In this document: positions 37,201 through 50,450 of the stretch, piece by piece
How positions within the stretch are numbered: position 1 is the stretch's first letter
How the letters are laid out: the number at the start of each line of letters is the position of its first letter
Origin: Anthoceros angustus
Lineage: Eukaryota; Plantae; Anthocerotophyta
Direction: 5' to 3'
DNA length: 64,000 nucleotides
NCBI GenBank assembly: GCA_010909165.1
Contig: MU008198.1
Span: forward strand, 464,216-528,215
The notes under the pieces: generated by a model
Seen by the model: only the letters and a program-made list of their open reading frames with translations
Told to the model about the DNA's origin: nothing
The model's database searches: none
Made by a program: the position numbers and the translations under genes

Positions 37201-38795
37201 CCACCACTAGAAGCTAGCTAGTTGTTGATGAGGAGGAAAGTGATCATTTTTATTATTTCTAGCGCATGAGCTGGACGATGATTCACGTGACATGTTTCAT
37301 TTATATGTATATTCTTTAGCCATAGGTCAATGGACGGTTCAAGAATTCAACCAAAAAGAAACATAGGTGACATGTTCATCGAATCGTAAGTCACTATCGA
37401 GATGGAGTTAATATTACTTTGATTGCACATGTTGTAGACGACAATTATGATGTATTATTTGAGCTGGTGTCATTTGATAATGAGATAATTACAAGTCGCA
37501 AACCTTTATGAGTGGAAACCCTCTTGAGCCTTTAAATTTACATCCATATGGTGAAGTACGGAAATTGGATTTGTTGCCCACAATGGACACTTTTATGGTA
37601 TGGATGGTAAAAGAAGGGTAAGAAGTTTTCTATCGCCATCTAAAAGCGTAACCAACAAGCGCTCAAGTGGGAAAGTTTAATCACGAGGACTTTGCAATAC
37701 AAAGCCTATTTGCACGTTGTTCCACCTAGTCAATGGAAGTGTTTGGAATTGGCGACTTTATATATTTACATTTTTTGTAGTTAAGAAATCGAAAAGACGG
37801 AAAAGATGATAGGAGTTGTGTACATTACCTTATCTCGCAACAATATAATTTACAATGGATGGAGAATTGTGTTTCAAGATGAAATTGTCAACCCCATGAG
37901 GACATGAAGCCTAGAAGGACCAACTTCCATTTTGGGGTGTTCAAAATTTTTCATGTTTGTTCATCATCTAGAAATGATCTACTTGACAAAAGTCTAAATA
38001 AGTATACTAGAATTTAGATACAAAACCGATTCTTACAACATAGATAAATCAAATAGCGATTCTTGAAAAGAAATCTTTTTAGTCCACGGACAATGTAATC
38101 TCGAAAGAAATTATATCTTGTTGTATCTTTCATTGCTTATTTGTCCCCTTAAATCGAGGTTGACAACGGGGCTAGTCCCTTCGAGGTCCAGAGAGAGTTG
38201 TTCCATCACCCCTTGTAGATGGGGACTTCCTATCTCTTGCATATTTATAAAGTCTCCACTCTCTCTATTTTTGTCCAGATTTTTCACGAATGTATCTTTA
38301 CCTTTTTTTTACTTTAAATTTTACATACATTGATTCACATGAATTCCATAGCTGAATAATTGTAGAAATAAAAATAATATAATACTATTTTATTTCCTTT
38401 TCGACGCATGAAAACTAAAGTGCCTCAACAAAGTGAACAAAGTTTGAGTGCCTAAGGTAGGAACATAGTCGGAGTGGCGGTAAAATATGGACAACTAAAA
38501 ATGCACGTCAAATTAGGTTCTTATTGTCATTTCCACGATGCGGCAAAGTTAGGTTTCTCATAGCATGGCACAAATGATATGATGACATGGACGGTGATTC
38601 TGGTATGGGTAGGGGTACGCAAAATGTGGTGAACTCAAACTTTGAGGCACGCCACGCTGCAGCATGAACACAAAGAGTGTGGTGATATGGATTGCCTCGA
38701 TAGCATAGCGCCATGCACGGCAACAAGGGCGGCCACCGCGCTCTATATGAGTGGAGCTCACGAATGGAGCGACCTCGGGATGGCATGAGCTTGCA

Positions 38796-39144
38796 TCGCA
38801 AGTCCTCATTTCGCTACTATATCTACCCAAAGTTATCAACAAATCCTCGAAGTTATTTTATGAATATAAATACAAGTTATTTAGAGATACTAATTATAAG
38901 ATAATAATTATTAAATAGAAAATAGCTGATAAATAGGATCATTGTCTAAATAATAACCCCTTAAAACCAACTAGAAAACCCCAACTAACACGGTACCAAC
39001 AAACCCAACGCCTAACCTATGAAAACCAAGAACAAGTAGGTAGTTCTAGAGGATTCTGGACCCTTCTTGGTGACCAAAAGCCCGTCTACATAATGTACAA
39101 GAACAAGTAAAGAGGCCCAATTTCCAAAGCTCTCCGCGGTAGCA
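38796..39144 (+). repeat. 5' LTR (first ~60 bp garbled)
   Basis: 38853-39144 matches 44556-44855; ends ...CGCGGTAGCA directly before the PBS. Confidence 0.85.
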
Positions 39145-39147
39145 TCT

Positions 39148-39159
39148 TGGTATCGAGCC
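39148..39159 (+). promoter_or_regulatory. Primer-binding site, initiator tRNA-Met type
   Basis: TGGTATCGAGCC versus canonical TGGTATCAGAGC (one base missing), 3 nt after the LTR end. Confidence 0.85.
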
Positions 39160-42100
39160 CACCCATCATCCGGGATCAAGGATCTTAGATCGGCAGATCA
39201 ACTTAGGCTAAATCATAGAGACATGTGTGAGAATCCTTTGACACATGAGCAACAAAGGACCAAACAAGGGAAAGATTCTAGAATTTGAGGTCATCAAAGC
39301 AATCATTCCATTCAGTGAACTCGAGTACAATCTTCAAGACCTTGTTGACCCGCTGTCGGTAGTTGAAGGTACCGCATGTGTGGTGAGAGAAATCCACACA
39401 AGAGCGGGCAAGAACTCCAAGGGAGTGATTACCGAATCATTACGTAATCCGGCCAAGCAAAATGAGTGATCATGTCCACCTTTTGAGGTGGATCGCATGA
39501 TCTCTAGTGGAAGCGATGAGGATCACCCTTGAAGGGATTGGGGACCGGTCCGGCCGGCGCGCCAACAGCCAACAATTCCGAGGGCGGGCGACTCACCGAC
39601 ATCCATGCGTTGGGAAAAGAGCCCGTGGAGACTAAGGGCAAAAGGCGACGCCATGAACTCTTGAGGAGGCTTCACATCCAGCTAGGAGCGGAAGCCCAAC
39701 AAGAGGACTTTGCAACCGAATTCAAAGAAGGCTGAGCTCAGCTTGCACCAATTACATAACCTACGGCGTCCCGTAAACGGGTGGGACCAGCCACAACGGA
39801 ACTCGATAACTGCAAACACCAAGCTCAAGATCACCAAGGAGAGTTGACCGAGGTTGCGATTTTGCTTTTGGAAGGAGAACCCAAGTGGTTGAACACACTG
39901 TGAGGAGTTGCGGCATCATTCTCGTGCCAAGGCCAGCTGGAGAAGGTTGAGGAATCCATTGGCAAGCTTGAGATGCAAGTGGGGAGGCCAGTCTTGGAGA
40001 GGCTGTTCTGCTACTGAGCCATCACCCCTAGGCGCTCGTCCATCCCCACCACGCCAAGAAACTCTGTGCCCACCCAAGTTGCTGATGGCACACAACACTC
40101 AACACCCCTTGCCACATTGAGGCCTTTGACTCACGAATCAGATGGAAGGAGAAGGGAGACATTCACCAACCAATCCAAGCGACCGTGAGTTGAGTGTTGA
40201 AGATGGGGAGCGAGGAAACTTGTTGTGGAGCTCCAACGCGAGAAGGACAACAAAGAAATTCAGGCCATGGTGACGGCCCTTGCCTCATGAGGTATGAGCA
40301 CCGGAACACTCCAGGGAGGTCGAGTGGAGAGGAGCAAGGAAGAGAAGAACATCACTTCAAACCCAAACCCCAACTCGACAAGGAGCTACAACGCAAGATC
40401 AAGATGCCATTTGATGGAAGTACAAAGGATGCTCAAAGCGTATATGATTGGTTAGACAAACTTGACAAATACCTCCGCTTTCCTCGACAAGGATGATCTG
40501 CCAAAGATCAATGCGTGATGTGTTTGGAAGGGTCCTATCTTCTAGGAAAAGCAGTTGATCCGGGCATGGAGTCCCCAATTTACTCGCCGCCTTCCGGCAA
40601 GTTTTCCTTGAGCACTTCGCGGAACCACCGTAAAGACTTGTATCGCAATTCAGAAGATATACCAACAAGGATCTCGAGTATCTGACAAATTCCTTCAACT
40701 CACACTTGATATGCCCAGCGAAGGAGGTATATGGAAAAATTTATCGATAAGTTTGAGTTAAGAGCGATGTGAATCGACAAACCCAAACTCGTGGAGGCGA
40801 TGAAGGCCGCCATGAACTATGGCACAAACAAATACAAGCATCTCTCTGCAGCACCTTCCAAGCCTAAGTGGAACAAGTCACCAACGCCGGAGAAAAACCG
40901 ACGCTCAAAATTCTCACCGGCGAGCGGAGGAGTACAAGAAGGCAAGAAAGTGCTTCACCAGTGGATCGATCACGGCTCCAAGTCTGTCCCTTCCGTAAGG
41001 ACTTCATTAGTCAAGTTGAAGGAAACAGCAAGTCTACTGTGAATAGCAACTCTGCGACCCAAGAGTGGGAAGGCAATCTCCATCACGAGGTTAGAGAACG
41101 GCCAGTTTATTTTCAGCCATGCATGCAAGTTGTGTTCAAACGATGTCAACTTGCTCATGTCCCAATCAAGTTAGAGATCGGCCTATCGAGTCCGCGCCAC
41201 GTGGTTGCTTGACTGGGCTAGCCACCATTATGTGTCCAAGGCGGCGAGAGCAGCCCGCAATCCAGAAAACCGGTCAGAGCAGGACGCCTAGGTGAAAAGA
41301 AAACCGAAGAACAAAGGTGGAGGCGAGCTTACCTTTCCGGTGGCTTCAAGGAGGTCCTCAAGTTGATGATGTCATCTCTTTGCCATGATCGATCATAGGC
41401 AAGCCATGGTTAGCAAGTCATTCTAGCATGCTAGAAGTCAATCGACGGACAATGTTAGGCGCCTGCATGACAATCACACATATGTCATGCAAGGAGAGCA
41501 ATACATCCGACAAGCAAGTCATTGCCTCGCCTCAATAAAGCAATCGCCCATGGCGATTCATATAGCAAAGCTGAAAAAGTCGCCTTAGAAGGTACCCCTA
41601 ATCTAGGCAGAGACACAAGCTCATGAGGACCGCTACCACGGTCCATGAAGGATTACTCAGAATACAAGGACGTGTTTGCAGGCCCAGAGGCCTCCTAGAA
41701 GACATGTGGACCACTCCATCGAGCTCCCGCCACAAGCCGTTAACATCCACACAGACATCCGCTCGAGAATGAAGAGATAAAAACAAGTTGATGAGTTCTT
41801 GCAAAGGGGTTTGTCACACCTTGTCACCCTTTGAGCTCCAGTTTTGGTTGCGGGGGATGGAGGGTGGCGACTGCATCGACTACCGGGTCTCAACCGCACA
41901 AACAAGAATGTCTACCGATGCCGGGATAGATGAAATCTGACACGTATGGGGCTAGGTCTCACCAAGATAGATCTGTGTCCGTTTCCATCGATCCGGATCA
42001 AAGAAGGAGATGAACACAAAACATCGTACAGCATGGGCATTTGAATTCAAGGTGATGCCCTTGCTTACAAACGCTGCCACCTTCCAATGTCTCATGCAAG

Positions 42101-44470
42101 AAATCTTACGACCCTTCTGGGACATGGAGTTGAGGTATTTCTAGACGATATCCTTGTGTACACGATTCAAGAACACACCACCACCTTAGACGGTGCTTGA
42201 CTGCTGCGGGCTAACAAGTTCTTGGCCAAGAGAAGTAAGTGTGTGTTCATGAGAGAAGAGTGTGAATACCTTGGTCATATTATCGTACTGGTATTCAAGT
42301 GGACTCCGCAAGGTGAAGGCGGTCATGGATCGCCATTACCCCAAGACATCGCCCAACCCGGGATTTTTGGGTATGGCGGTTTCTATCGGCGTTTCATTAA
42401 GGGTTTCAGCAATTGCTGTCCCCATGATGCCCTTAGGAATTGAGCAAGTCCTTACACCTAGGGCGGCACTTGCCTTTTTGAGCGCTTGAAGCAAGCTCTT
42501 AGCTCAAACAGGCTTGCGCGGACCATGCACCCTATACAATCCACACCGTGCGCCGGATTTCGCTATGGGAGCAAATCCGCACAAGATGGCAGCTATTGCA
42601 TATGAGTCAAGGAACTAGGGTGCATGCTAAACTATGCAAAGGCACGATAAGGAAATGCTTGCTATTACACATGCTCTCAAAGTCCGGCGCATTACTGTTA
42701 GGGTCGAAAGTGGTGTGTCATCGATCACCATTCCTTGCAAGATTTCTCTCACCCAACCTCAATGCCGTGCAACAGAGTATTTCGACTTCAACCCGAAATT
42801 GAGATGTGTCCGCCCTTCAAATGTAGTTCGACGCCTTGAGTAGGCGTGCTTGCACACTTATGACAACCCAAACAAATTCATGAAGGGATGGATTCCCCAT
42901 GACCCACATATTTCTACAAGCAATTACTAGCAGATGCTATGGCGGAGTTCCCACAAAGACTTACCTAGTACTCTCGGGGATGCCTACATTAAGGGGAAGA
43001 TTGGTCATCCTTCACAACAATGAGTGAAACAATCCATTTTGCATGATATGCATGATTCACCTATTTCCGCCATCCGGTATTGATAAAACTTATGCCAAAG
43101 TCCGGAGCATTTTTATTGGGAAGGTATGCGTTGATTGTATAGAGTGGGTGCGCTCTTGTCGACCTCAACAAGCCAAGCCAAGTCATGAGAAACAACTGTT
43201 TGCTCCTACCTCTACAAATCTCAAAGGGTCGCTGTGTCGATTTCCATGGATTTTATAACACATTTGCCAGTGCACTGCCTGGAAAGGATAGCATCCGGGT
43301 GGTGATGATAGGTTCTCCAAGGTCGCCATTTTATTCCACCTCCACTATCATGCCTCCAAGTTAGCGGATATTTATTCGAGATCTTCACACGGCCCCGAGG
43401 ATATTGTGTCCGACCGAGATACCAAGTTCACATCCGGATTTTGGCGGGCCTTCATCGAAACCACAGGGATCAAGCAGAACATGTCGAAGATATCACCCGT
43501 AATCCGACGGCAAACCGAGAAGCAAAACCGTTTTAGAGGACATGCTCTCACTTCACACATGAAAAGCAAACAAGGTGGGAGGAACTCCTTCCCGTGCTCG
43601 AGTATGCCTACAATTCTTGAAACATGCGCCAGGGGTTACACCATTCAAGCCGCTCTATGGGAGACTCCTCCACCCCCGGCTTATGGCCCAGCAATGAGAA
43701 GTGGCGCACAAGTGGCGTAAGACATTTGGCATGAGGTGAAGTTGGCTAAGGAGAAATTGCAAGTCGCCCAAGACCGAGCTGCAAGTCGGCCAACAAACGA
43801 CGCCGGAGGTCGGCTACAACATTGGACAACCGGTGGTTGCGAGTGAAACCTCACGGTACCACGAACTCATCCATAAGCGTGTTGGCTTTGACGGTGGCTA
43901 TTCGTGTGTCACGACGAGTCAACCTCACGCTATCGCTTGACCCGGCAATTGAAGCTGCAGACATTCCATGTGTCCTTCAAACCCGTCATTGACGCCCACC
44001 AACCTCAGCACCCACATGCCTCGCTCAGCCCACGCCGATCGAGCTTATTCCATCCGCCCATATGCCATTAAGCCCTTTCCCGGTTGGTCACCACGCACGA
44101 CCGTATCGCCCGATCCCACCAGCTCGACCATTCCTGCCAACCCCAACTGCCCAAGAATCACCAGATCGGGCCAGGCGCAACACGCCCACAACTCGGATCC
44201 GCTTTTCCTACCATGTTACACGTGGCACCACACCATGCGGGCGATGCCCAACCCGCCAGAGGCCTCCGCCTCACTCACCCTTTGATCCGACCACAGCCTG
44301 ATGACCTTCAACCGCTCGTCCCTCCCATGCTCCAACAAATTGCTTTTGCAGCCGGGACGAACTGATTTACTGGCCACCGATTTTTAGTGGCATGGAGTGG
44401 TGAAGAACGATAAACTTTTTACAATTTCCTCATTTGTGCACAATGGCAGCAGCCAGGACCGGCCACCCTT

Positions 44471-44481
44471 AGTGGGGAGAA
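44471..44481 (+). promoter_or_regulatory. Polypurine tract
   Basis: AGTGGGGAGAA immediately before the TG that starts the 3' LTR. Confidence 0.85.
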
Positions 44482-44855
44482 TGAAACGAGCGCTCTTACC
44501 AAAGACGGAACGCCACTTCCAGATAAACGGTGGTAAGAACCGCCTAGAAGGTACCTATTTTAGTGAATATAAATACAAGTTATTTAGAGATACTAATTAT
44601 AAGATAATAATTATTAAATAGAAAATAGCTGATAAATAGGATCATTGTCTCAGAATATAATAACGATTAAACCAACTAGAAAAACCCCAACTAACACGGT
44701 ACCAACAAACCCAACGCCTAACCTATGAAAACCAAGAACAAGTAGGTAGTTCTAGAGCGGGACTCGGATGGTCTTGGCGTGACCAAAAGCCCGTCTACAT
44801 AATGTACAAGAACAAGTAAAGATCCAATTCTCCGAAGTCTCTCCGCGCGGTAGCA
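44482..44855 (+). repeat. 3' LTR (~374 bp, TG...CA)
   Basis: TGAAACGAG...GGTAGCA, followed by resumption of array sequence TTGCATCGTGCAAGTCC. Confidence 0.9.
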
Positions 44856-45585
44856 TTGCATCGTGCAAGTCCCTCATTTCGCACTCATATCTAGCACCAA
44901 AAGTTTGCCAACAAAGCGATCCTCGCCCAAGCTCCTTTAAATTTGCAAATTTATACATGAAGCTAATCGCACCATCCCGGCAAACGCTTGAAAGAGGTCG
45001 ACGAATGTACGTCCTATTGGAGTGATGCCCCTTTAGCTGCATGATGATCTAGGGCCCTTTACCCTTTCCTCACCATATCCTACAATCACCACATGTCCAC
45101 CACATCCTTCCCGGCCATAGACATGGGCATCATGTATGAAGCTTCTTCCCTTGGTACATAGCACCTAATTGTCGACGACACGCACACAAGGCCCACACCT
45201 ATAGGTGAGTATCGATACTTTGTATTTTATATTTTTATAACTTAAATAGTTAAATACAAAAATATAAAATTTGATATATATAGTAAATATATTTGCAAGT
45301 AACAAATAATACATGCCGCATGGAGAAGAAAATAAAAGGGCTTTTATTAAAGGAGAAGAGATGGGGTAAGCCCATCTACCTTTCAAAGGCTAACACTAGC
45401 TAGGGACCTCAAGGGTCCGTGTAAGCAAGCAACTAAGCTCGAATCTAAAATCTATGGCTCTGCAATATCATGACTAAGTAGGTTTTAGAGGATGTGAGCA
45501 CGCTTTGGTGGCTCGATTCACGTATGAAAACGGTGTGCCACAGGATCACCTGGACCAATCGAGGTGTCACCATGATCACCTGTTA

Positions 45586-45800
45586 TCATTGTCGTCCTAA
45601 GGATGCCTCGTGCGAGCGCCCGTTGGAGAGCAATGGACACATGTTGTGGAAAGAAAGCTGTGAAGTCCAAGAGCTAGGAAGCCCCACACCATGTATGTGA
45701 CCGTGAAAGGCTTGAGCGCAGCACTTGATAAATTTATCAAAGTCCTCAGCCAATGTGCCATACATTTGGAAAGCGAGCAAAATGAAGAGCTGGTGCACTT
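45586..45800 (-). mobile_element. Array component: degenerate CRE-like LINE 3' fragment (present in each unit)
   Basis: HQLFILLAFQMYGTLAEDFDKFIKCCAQAFH aligns with the 7624-8094 ORF segment HQFILLTLEMYGVLAKDFATFIKSCAKAYH. Confidence 0.6.
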
Positions 45801-45829
45801 CATGTTGTCACACTTAGTTTCAGAGACTT

Positions 45830-47830
45830 GATCACCACGGACGAGGTACATGATGAGATGAGCCCTAATTGACCTTGCTTGACCGCATGGAGAAGCACAC
45901 GGCCACCACGTCTCACGTGAAAAAGATATGGCGTGTTGCAAATGGCATTCCATAGTTCCTCATATTCATCTTCTTGTGGAGTAAGAATGTCTTGAGTGAA
46001 TGTCTTAAGGACGTCTTCTTCATATTTGTTTTCCTCTTCAATAAAAATATCTTTCTCATATTCATTTTCTTGCTCTATAAAAATATCTAAGTTCTCCTCA
46101 TATTGGTTTACTTCTTCTAAGAGAAATTCTTCGTTCTCATATTCATTTTTTCTTCATAAAAATGTACCTAGACCTAAGATGCGTAGAAATGTCCTCGGCA
46201 TATTGGTTTACCTCTTGAGTAGAAATGTCCTCCTCATATTCGTCTTGAGTAAAATGTATTGCTCATATTCGTGTTCTTCACTAAAAATATGCTTGTCGTT
46301 ATAATCGATTTCTTCTTCATTTTCCTTGTAGTAGTTTCTTCTTCATCTTCTTTATATTCTTTTCTTCATCATTTTCCTTATAGTTATTCCCTCTTCAGCA
46401 AAAATATTTTTGCATAATCTTCTTCCTCTTGTTAGAAATATTCCTCATCATCATCTTCATCCTCACCAAGAATATCTTCGTCATTAGTGAAGGAGTTGCT
46501 ACATTCAATTTCTTCATACCTTGGACCTTGACGATTTTTTCATGTCTTCCACATCAAGATGAATGTCTTGCTCATATTTGCTTTCTTTGTCTTGAACTAT
46601 TATGCTCATACTCATTTTCCTCTTCCTCTTCCTCATTTTCTACATAATCTTCTACATAATCTTCTTCTTCTTCTTCTACATAATCTTCTTCTTCTTCTTC
46701 TTCTTCTACATAATCTTCTTCTTCTTCTTCTTCTTCTTCTTCTTCTTCTTCTTCATCACTTAGAAAAATTCCTCATAATTGTCTTTTGTACTAAGAATGT
46801 CTTCGTCTCACAAAGTCACCACACTCAATTCCAAGATGTTTTGGAAGTATGGCACTAATTTTGTTGCTCCACAAGGGATCTAGTTTGAAAATATAGCGAC
46901 ATTTTGAAGGACTTCCCAATATATAGTGCAGTTACTTTTTAATTGTAGGACGATTTCTCGTCGTGAAAGGAATCAATTTAAAGTCTACTTGCAATTGCAA
47001 AAATTTGTTTCAATGATCCTCTTGACCAAAGTCTGCATCTTTTACAGATGACCTAACGATATATCTGTAGATAGAAGAGATCTTGTGAGATGATTTTGAG
47101 CAATTTTGGCCTTCTCTTTTAAATTAGTTGCGAACAAGTTCTTGTGACTTGTATCTCCAAGTGATTGGAATTGTTTAAGGTCATCATAAGCGTAAAAGAT
47201 ATAACTTGATTCTACGGTTTAGAGGACAAAGAAGCACTTTGTCAAACTTTTCAAACAAGCTTTTAAAAGTTTGTGGAGCGGAAAAGTTTGGTCACTAAGT
47301 TTTGGCAAAACACGAGACAATTTGGGGACCAAGGCGAAGGTTACGGTAGGGAAGTTTTTGCAGATGGATGAAGGGAGGATGACTACAATTCGTAGGAAGT
47401 AGGGGATTTGTAGGCGTCCGAGCTAGCGTAATCGAGTTTCGAGGCAGGTGATAGTAGGTAAGTCGTTGTGGGACGTCCGTAGGTGGTCCGGACTTGGTTA
47501 ATTGAGAGAACTGAGGATGTCCTAGACTTAGCCGTTAACGGGTAGAAAGGAGGCAGTAGAGTAGGATATGTTAGAAAACCCATTTGATACACATATATAG
47601 GGGGAATTAGGGGTCTATTATGACATCCGAGAAACAAAGTTCCTTCGACTTCGACTATAAATATCCAAGCGGGTAGGAAGTCCTTGGCCTTTGGGGTTTC
47701 GGTAGAAAGTTCCTTGTCGAGACCATGGTAGAAAAAGGATATGAGATAGAGCCATGCATTTCATGAGCCAAGGAGGATAACTTCCTTGGAATTGGGAGGA
47801 GGGGTTCAATTTCTCGAATGTCACGCAGAG
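45830..47830 (-). pseudogene. Array component: unidentified reading frame with long acidic repeat region (present in each unit)
   Basis: Pieces from different copies join into ...FEKFDKV..SSYIF.YDDLKQFQSLGDTSHKNLFATNLKEKAKIAQNHLTRSLL..KDAQTLVKRIIET.FLQLQVDFKLIPFTT..CRYIFKLDPLWSNKISAILPKHLGIECGDFL.DEDIL..(DYVEn)n..EDEYEELWNAICNTPYLFHV. No family recognised. Confidence 0.5.
46640..46758. repeat. Compound microsatellite [CTACATAAT(CTT)n]m, length-variable between units
   Basis: Also at ~17395-17488, 21425-21528, 27620-27790, 34092-34248, 53108-53240 and 61455-61683; minus strand encodes DYV(E)n. Confidence 0.95.
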
Positions 47831-47889
47831 GGCTATATATACATGTCGATTATGATATATAGAAGATGAGATTTGATGATCGGGATCAT

Positions 47890-48222
47890 CGAGGAGGACA
47901 CGTGGCGCACATCGAGATGGGGCGCAACTAGGGACCGGATACCAACCGGATTATCACGAGAAGGAAAAGTATTCGTGCATAAGGCGGCACCATCTTGTCA
48001 GGAAAGGAATCCTCTATAAGCTAGGACTAGACAAAGTAGTTCAAGGTGTTTGGAGGCGAACAAATTGCGTGGTGGCGGAGGCCCTCTACATACTAAGGAG
48101 GCGGGGACATTATTCACAAGTGACGAAGAAGATTTTGACTGCAGGCTTTTGGTGGTCCACTATGCAAAGGGACATGGAAATTTATCGGGAGGCTGATGCG
48201 TGTCAAAGGATAGGGAGACCAC
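47890..48222 (+). mobile_element. Array component: Ty3/Gypsy pol fragment (pre-integrase linker + HHCC zinc-binding domain)
   Basis: GILYKLGLDKVV.RCL...LHTKEAGGHYS...KKIL.AGFWWSTMQRD...SCDACQRIGRP; truncated right after the HHCC motif; different family from the 38796-44855 element. Confidence 0.8.
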
Positions 48223-48299
48223 ATCTCCCTAAGGGCACATCTCCTAAGAGAACGTTCCTCCAAGCCGAGCATGGCCCCTATGCTCTTCAACATGGGTAG

Positions 48300-48900
48300 G
48301 GAACAACATCCTACCCCAAGGATGAATTCGGAGTTCTTACATGCTCATGTCCAACACACCCAAGCTCCCTCGAGCACATCACACACCTTGAATATATGGT
48401 ACTGTTCCCTAGCGAGCTCCTCACCAACCTCCTTAGCAACATTTCTCCTTAGTGAACTCCTCCGCCAAATCTCCCTTGATTGACCTCGCTGCCCAATTCT
48501 CGGGCCACCACGATGGCCCCTTTCACATTTGCTTGCAGCCCAAATACAAATTTCGCCTTCCTCAAGTGAATCCCCATCGCGATTCCTTCACCATGTTGCA
48601 GCCCGGATCCCCAAAGCTCACTCATAAGCTTGCCAAACAAGACCTAGGCCCCTCCTAGCATTTGCAGCACCACACCTCGTAATCATGTCAATTCCAGCTT
48701 GGTTGTGCGAGCAAAAGGCAAAGGCTTGCCTTCTTCACAATTCACACCCTTCGTAGCCCACAACCAGACTCCACTTCTCACATTGCAAGGTCATCACCTC
48801 CTAAGTTCCACTAATCACAAGCTCCAGTTCATGGCCTCACGCTTAGCTCACAAGGCACAAATTTCTCCCAAAATCCCAACTTCCGTGATGACTCTATCTT
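48300..48900 (-). mobile_element. Array component: possible retrotransposon gag remnant
   Basis: KAKFVFGLQANVKGAIVVAAP fits the gag F-x-x-G-L-x-x-x-(I/V)...P pattern; otherwise degraded. Confidence 0.35.
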
Positions 48901-49244
48901 GGCTTCTCCACACCTTAGCTCCAAAAGTTGAGCTCTTGCCTCTGACACCCACGACAACGCCCGCGCCTCTTCCAACTTGCATGCCTTACAATTAGCCTGC
49001 TACTTCCGGCACTCCTTGCAGCTCCTAGCTCCTTCCAACTATGTGCCCAGAACTTCCAAGCGCCGCCTTTAAGCCTCCTCCACCAAACATACATTCCTAT
49101 TTTATCGCTACTTAAACTAGGGGTTCCAAATCAATCACTAATTCCCTTTGCACATATAGTCTATGGGGCAAGATTCTACCCTACCGCTCATCTATCTAGG
49201 CTTGAGAAACTTCCAAATTCCTACCCTTGTCCCTAACTTTCTGG

Positions 49245-50450
49245 ATGGCTCAAGAAGAAACACTCGTTACTCACCGATCACTTTGAATAAAGATTGAACC
49301 AAAATGAACCGAATCGGATCAAAATGACAAAGGGACCCAAACTTTTGCGTTGCACGCTCACTCCATGAATAACTCAAGGTTATCTTCAAGTGTGAATGAT
49401 GAAAGTATTGCTAATTTGTGTGCCGCAATGCAACGAGGCCTACCAAGCAAGATTTTACTTTCATTTATTTCCACCGAGTACCTAAACTAGTTAATGGACA
49501 ACAATGATGGATATTTGCAGCGTTGTCGCGGTCGTAAATACATTATGAAGGAAACAAAATCATCGAAGGATCCAAATAGTTGGGTGATGCGGTTGTATTA
49601 TCAATATCTTTCAAAGGTTAGGCGAAGTGATATGGGATACGATTTCAAAGTTGAACTAGTATGTCGACACCTTATATATGGATGAAATTCATATTCGATT
49701 TAGATTTAGATTCGGATATTTGGGACCCGGCTTCCACCACTCGAAAGTGCTAGTTGTTGATGAGGAGGAAAGTGATCATTTTTATTATTTCTAGCGCATG
49801 AGCTGGACGATGATTCACGTGACATGTTTCATTTATATGTATATTCTTTAGCCATAGGTCAATGGACGGTTCAAGAATTCAACCAAAAAGAAACATAGGT
49901 GACATGTTCACGAATCGATTAAGTGCTGTGCTATCGAGATTCGGAGTTAATATTACTTTGATTGCACATGTTGTAGACGACAATTATGATGTATTATTTG
50001 AGCTGGTGTCATTTGATAATGAGATAATTACAAGTCCAAACCTTTATGAGTGGAAACCCTCTTGAGCCTTTAAATTTTACATCCATATGGTGAAGTACGG
50101 AAATTGGATTTGTTGCCCACAATGGACACTTTTATGGTATGGATGGTAAAAGAAGGGGTAAGAAGTTTTCTATCGCCATCTACAAGCGTAACCAACAAGC
50201 TCAAGTGGGAAAGTTTAATCACGAGGACTTTGCAATACAAAGCCTATTTGCACGCTTGTTCCACCCCTAGTCAATGGAAGTGTTTGGAATTGGCGACTTT
50301 ATATATTTACATTTTTTTTATACGTTAAGAAATCGAAAAGACGGAAAAGATGATAGGAGTTGTGTACATTACCTTATCTCAACAATATAATTTTACAATG
50401 GATGGAGAATTGTGTTTCAAGATGAAATTGTCAACCCCATGAGGACATGA
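49245..50450 (+). pseudogene. Array component: degraded intronless frame, tentatively F-box-associated/kelch-like beta-propeller
   Basis: ILLSFI...LMDNNDGYL..KYIM...W, GYDFKV, FHLYVYSLAIGQW, WNW.LY, NGW; in-frame stops are shared by all copies. Confidence 0.35.

Larger units (their letters stand above)
38796..44855 (+). mobile_element. Ty3/Gypsy LTR retrotransposon, chromovirus-like, inserted in array copy 4
   Basis: Paired LTRs, Met-i PBS, PPT and candidate TSD TTGCA (38791-38795 / 44856-44860). Gag-like FDGS..VYDWL (~40410); RT TKIDL, FEFKVMP, VFLDDILVY (~42135); RNase H HDKEMLAI; integrase GIDKTY, SMDFI, IVSDRDTKFTSGFW; chromodomain-like FLVAWSG..QFPHL (~44380-44435). Many frameshifts. 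Confidence 0.93.

Noticed and set aside
45670-45715. HUH endonuclease motif in FHGHIHGVG
   Set aside because: It lies inside the segment that aligns with the CRE-like tail (YHARRHSARL at the same position); no catalytic Tyr motif or Rep context.
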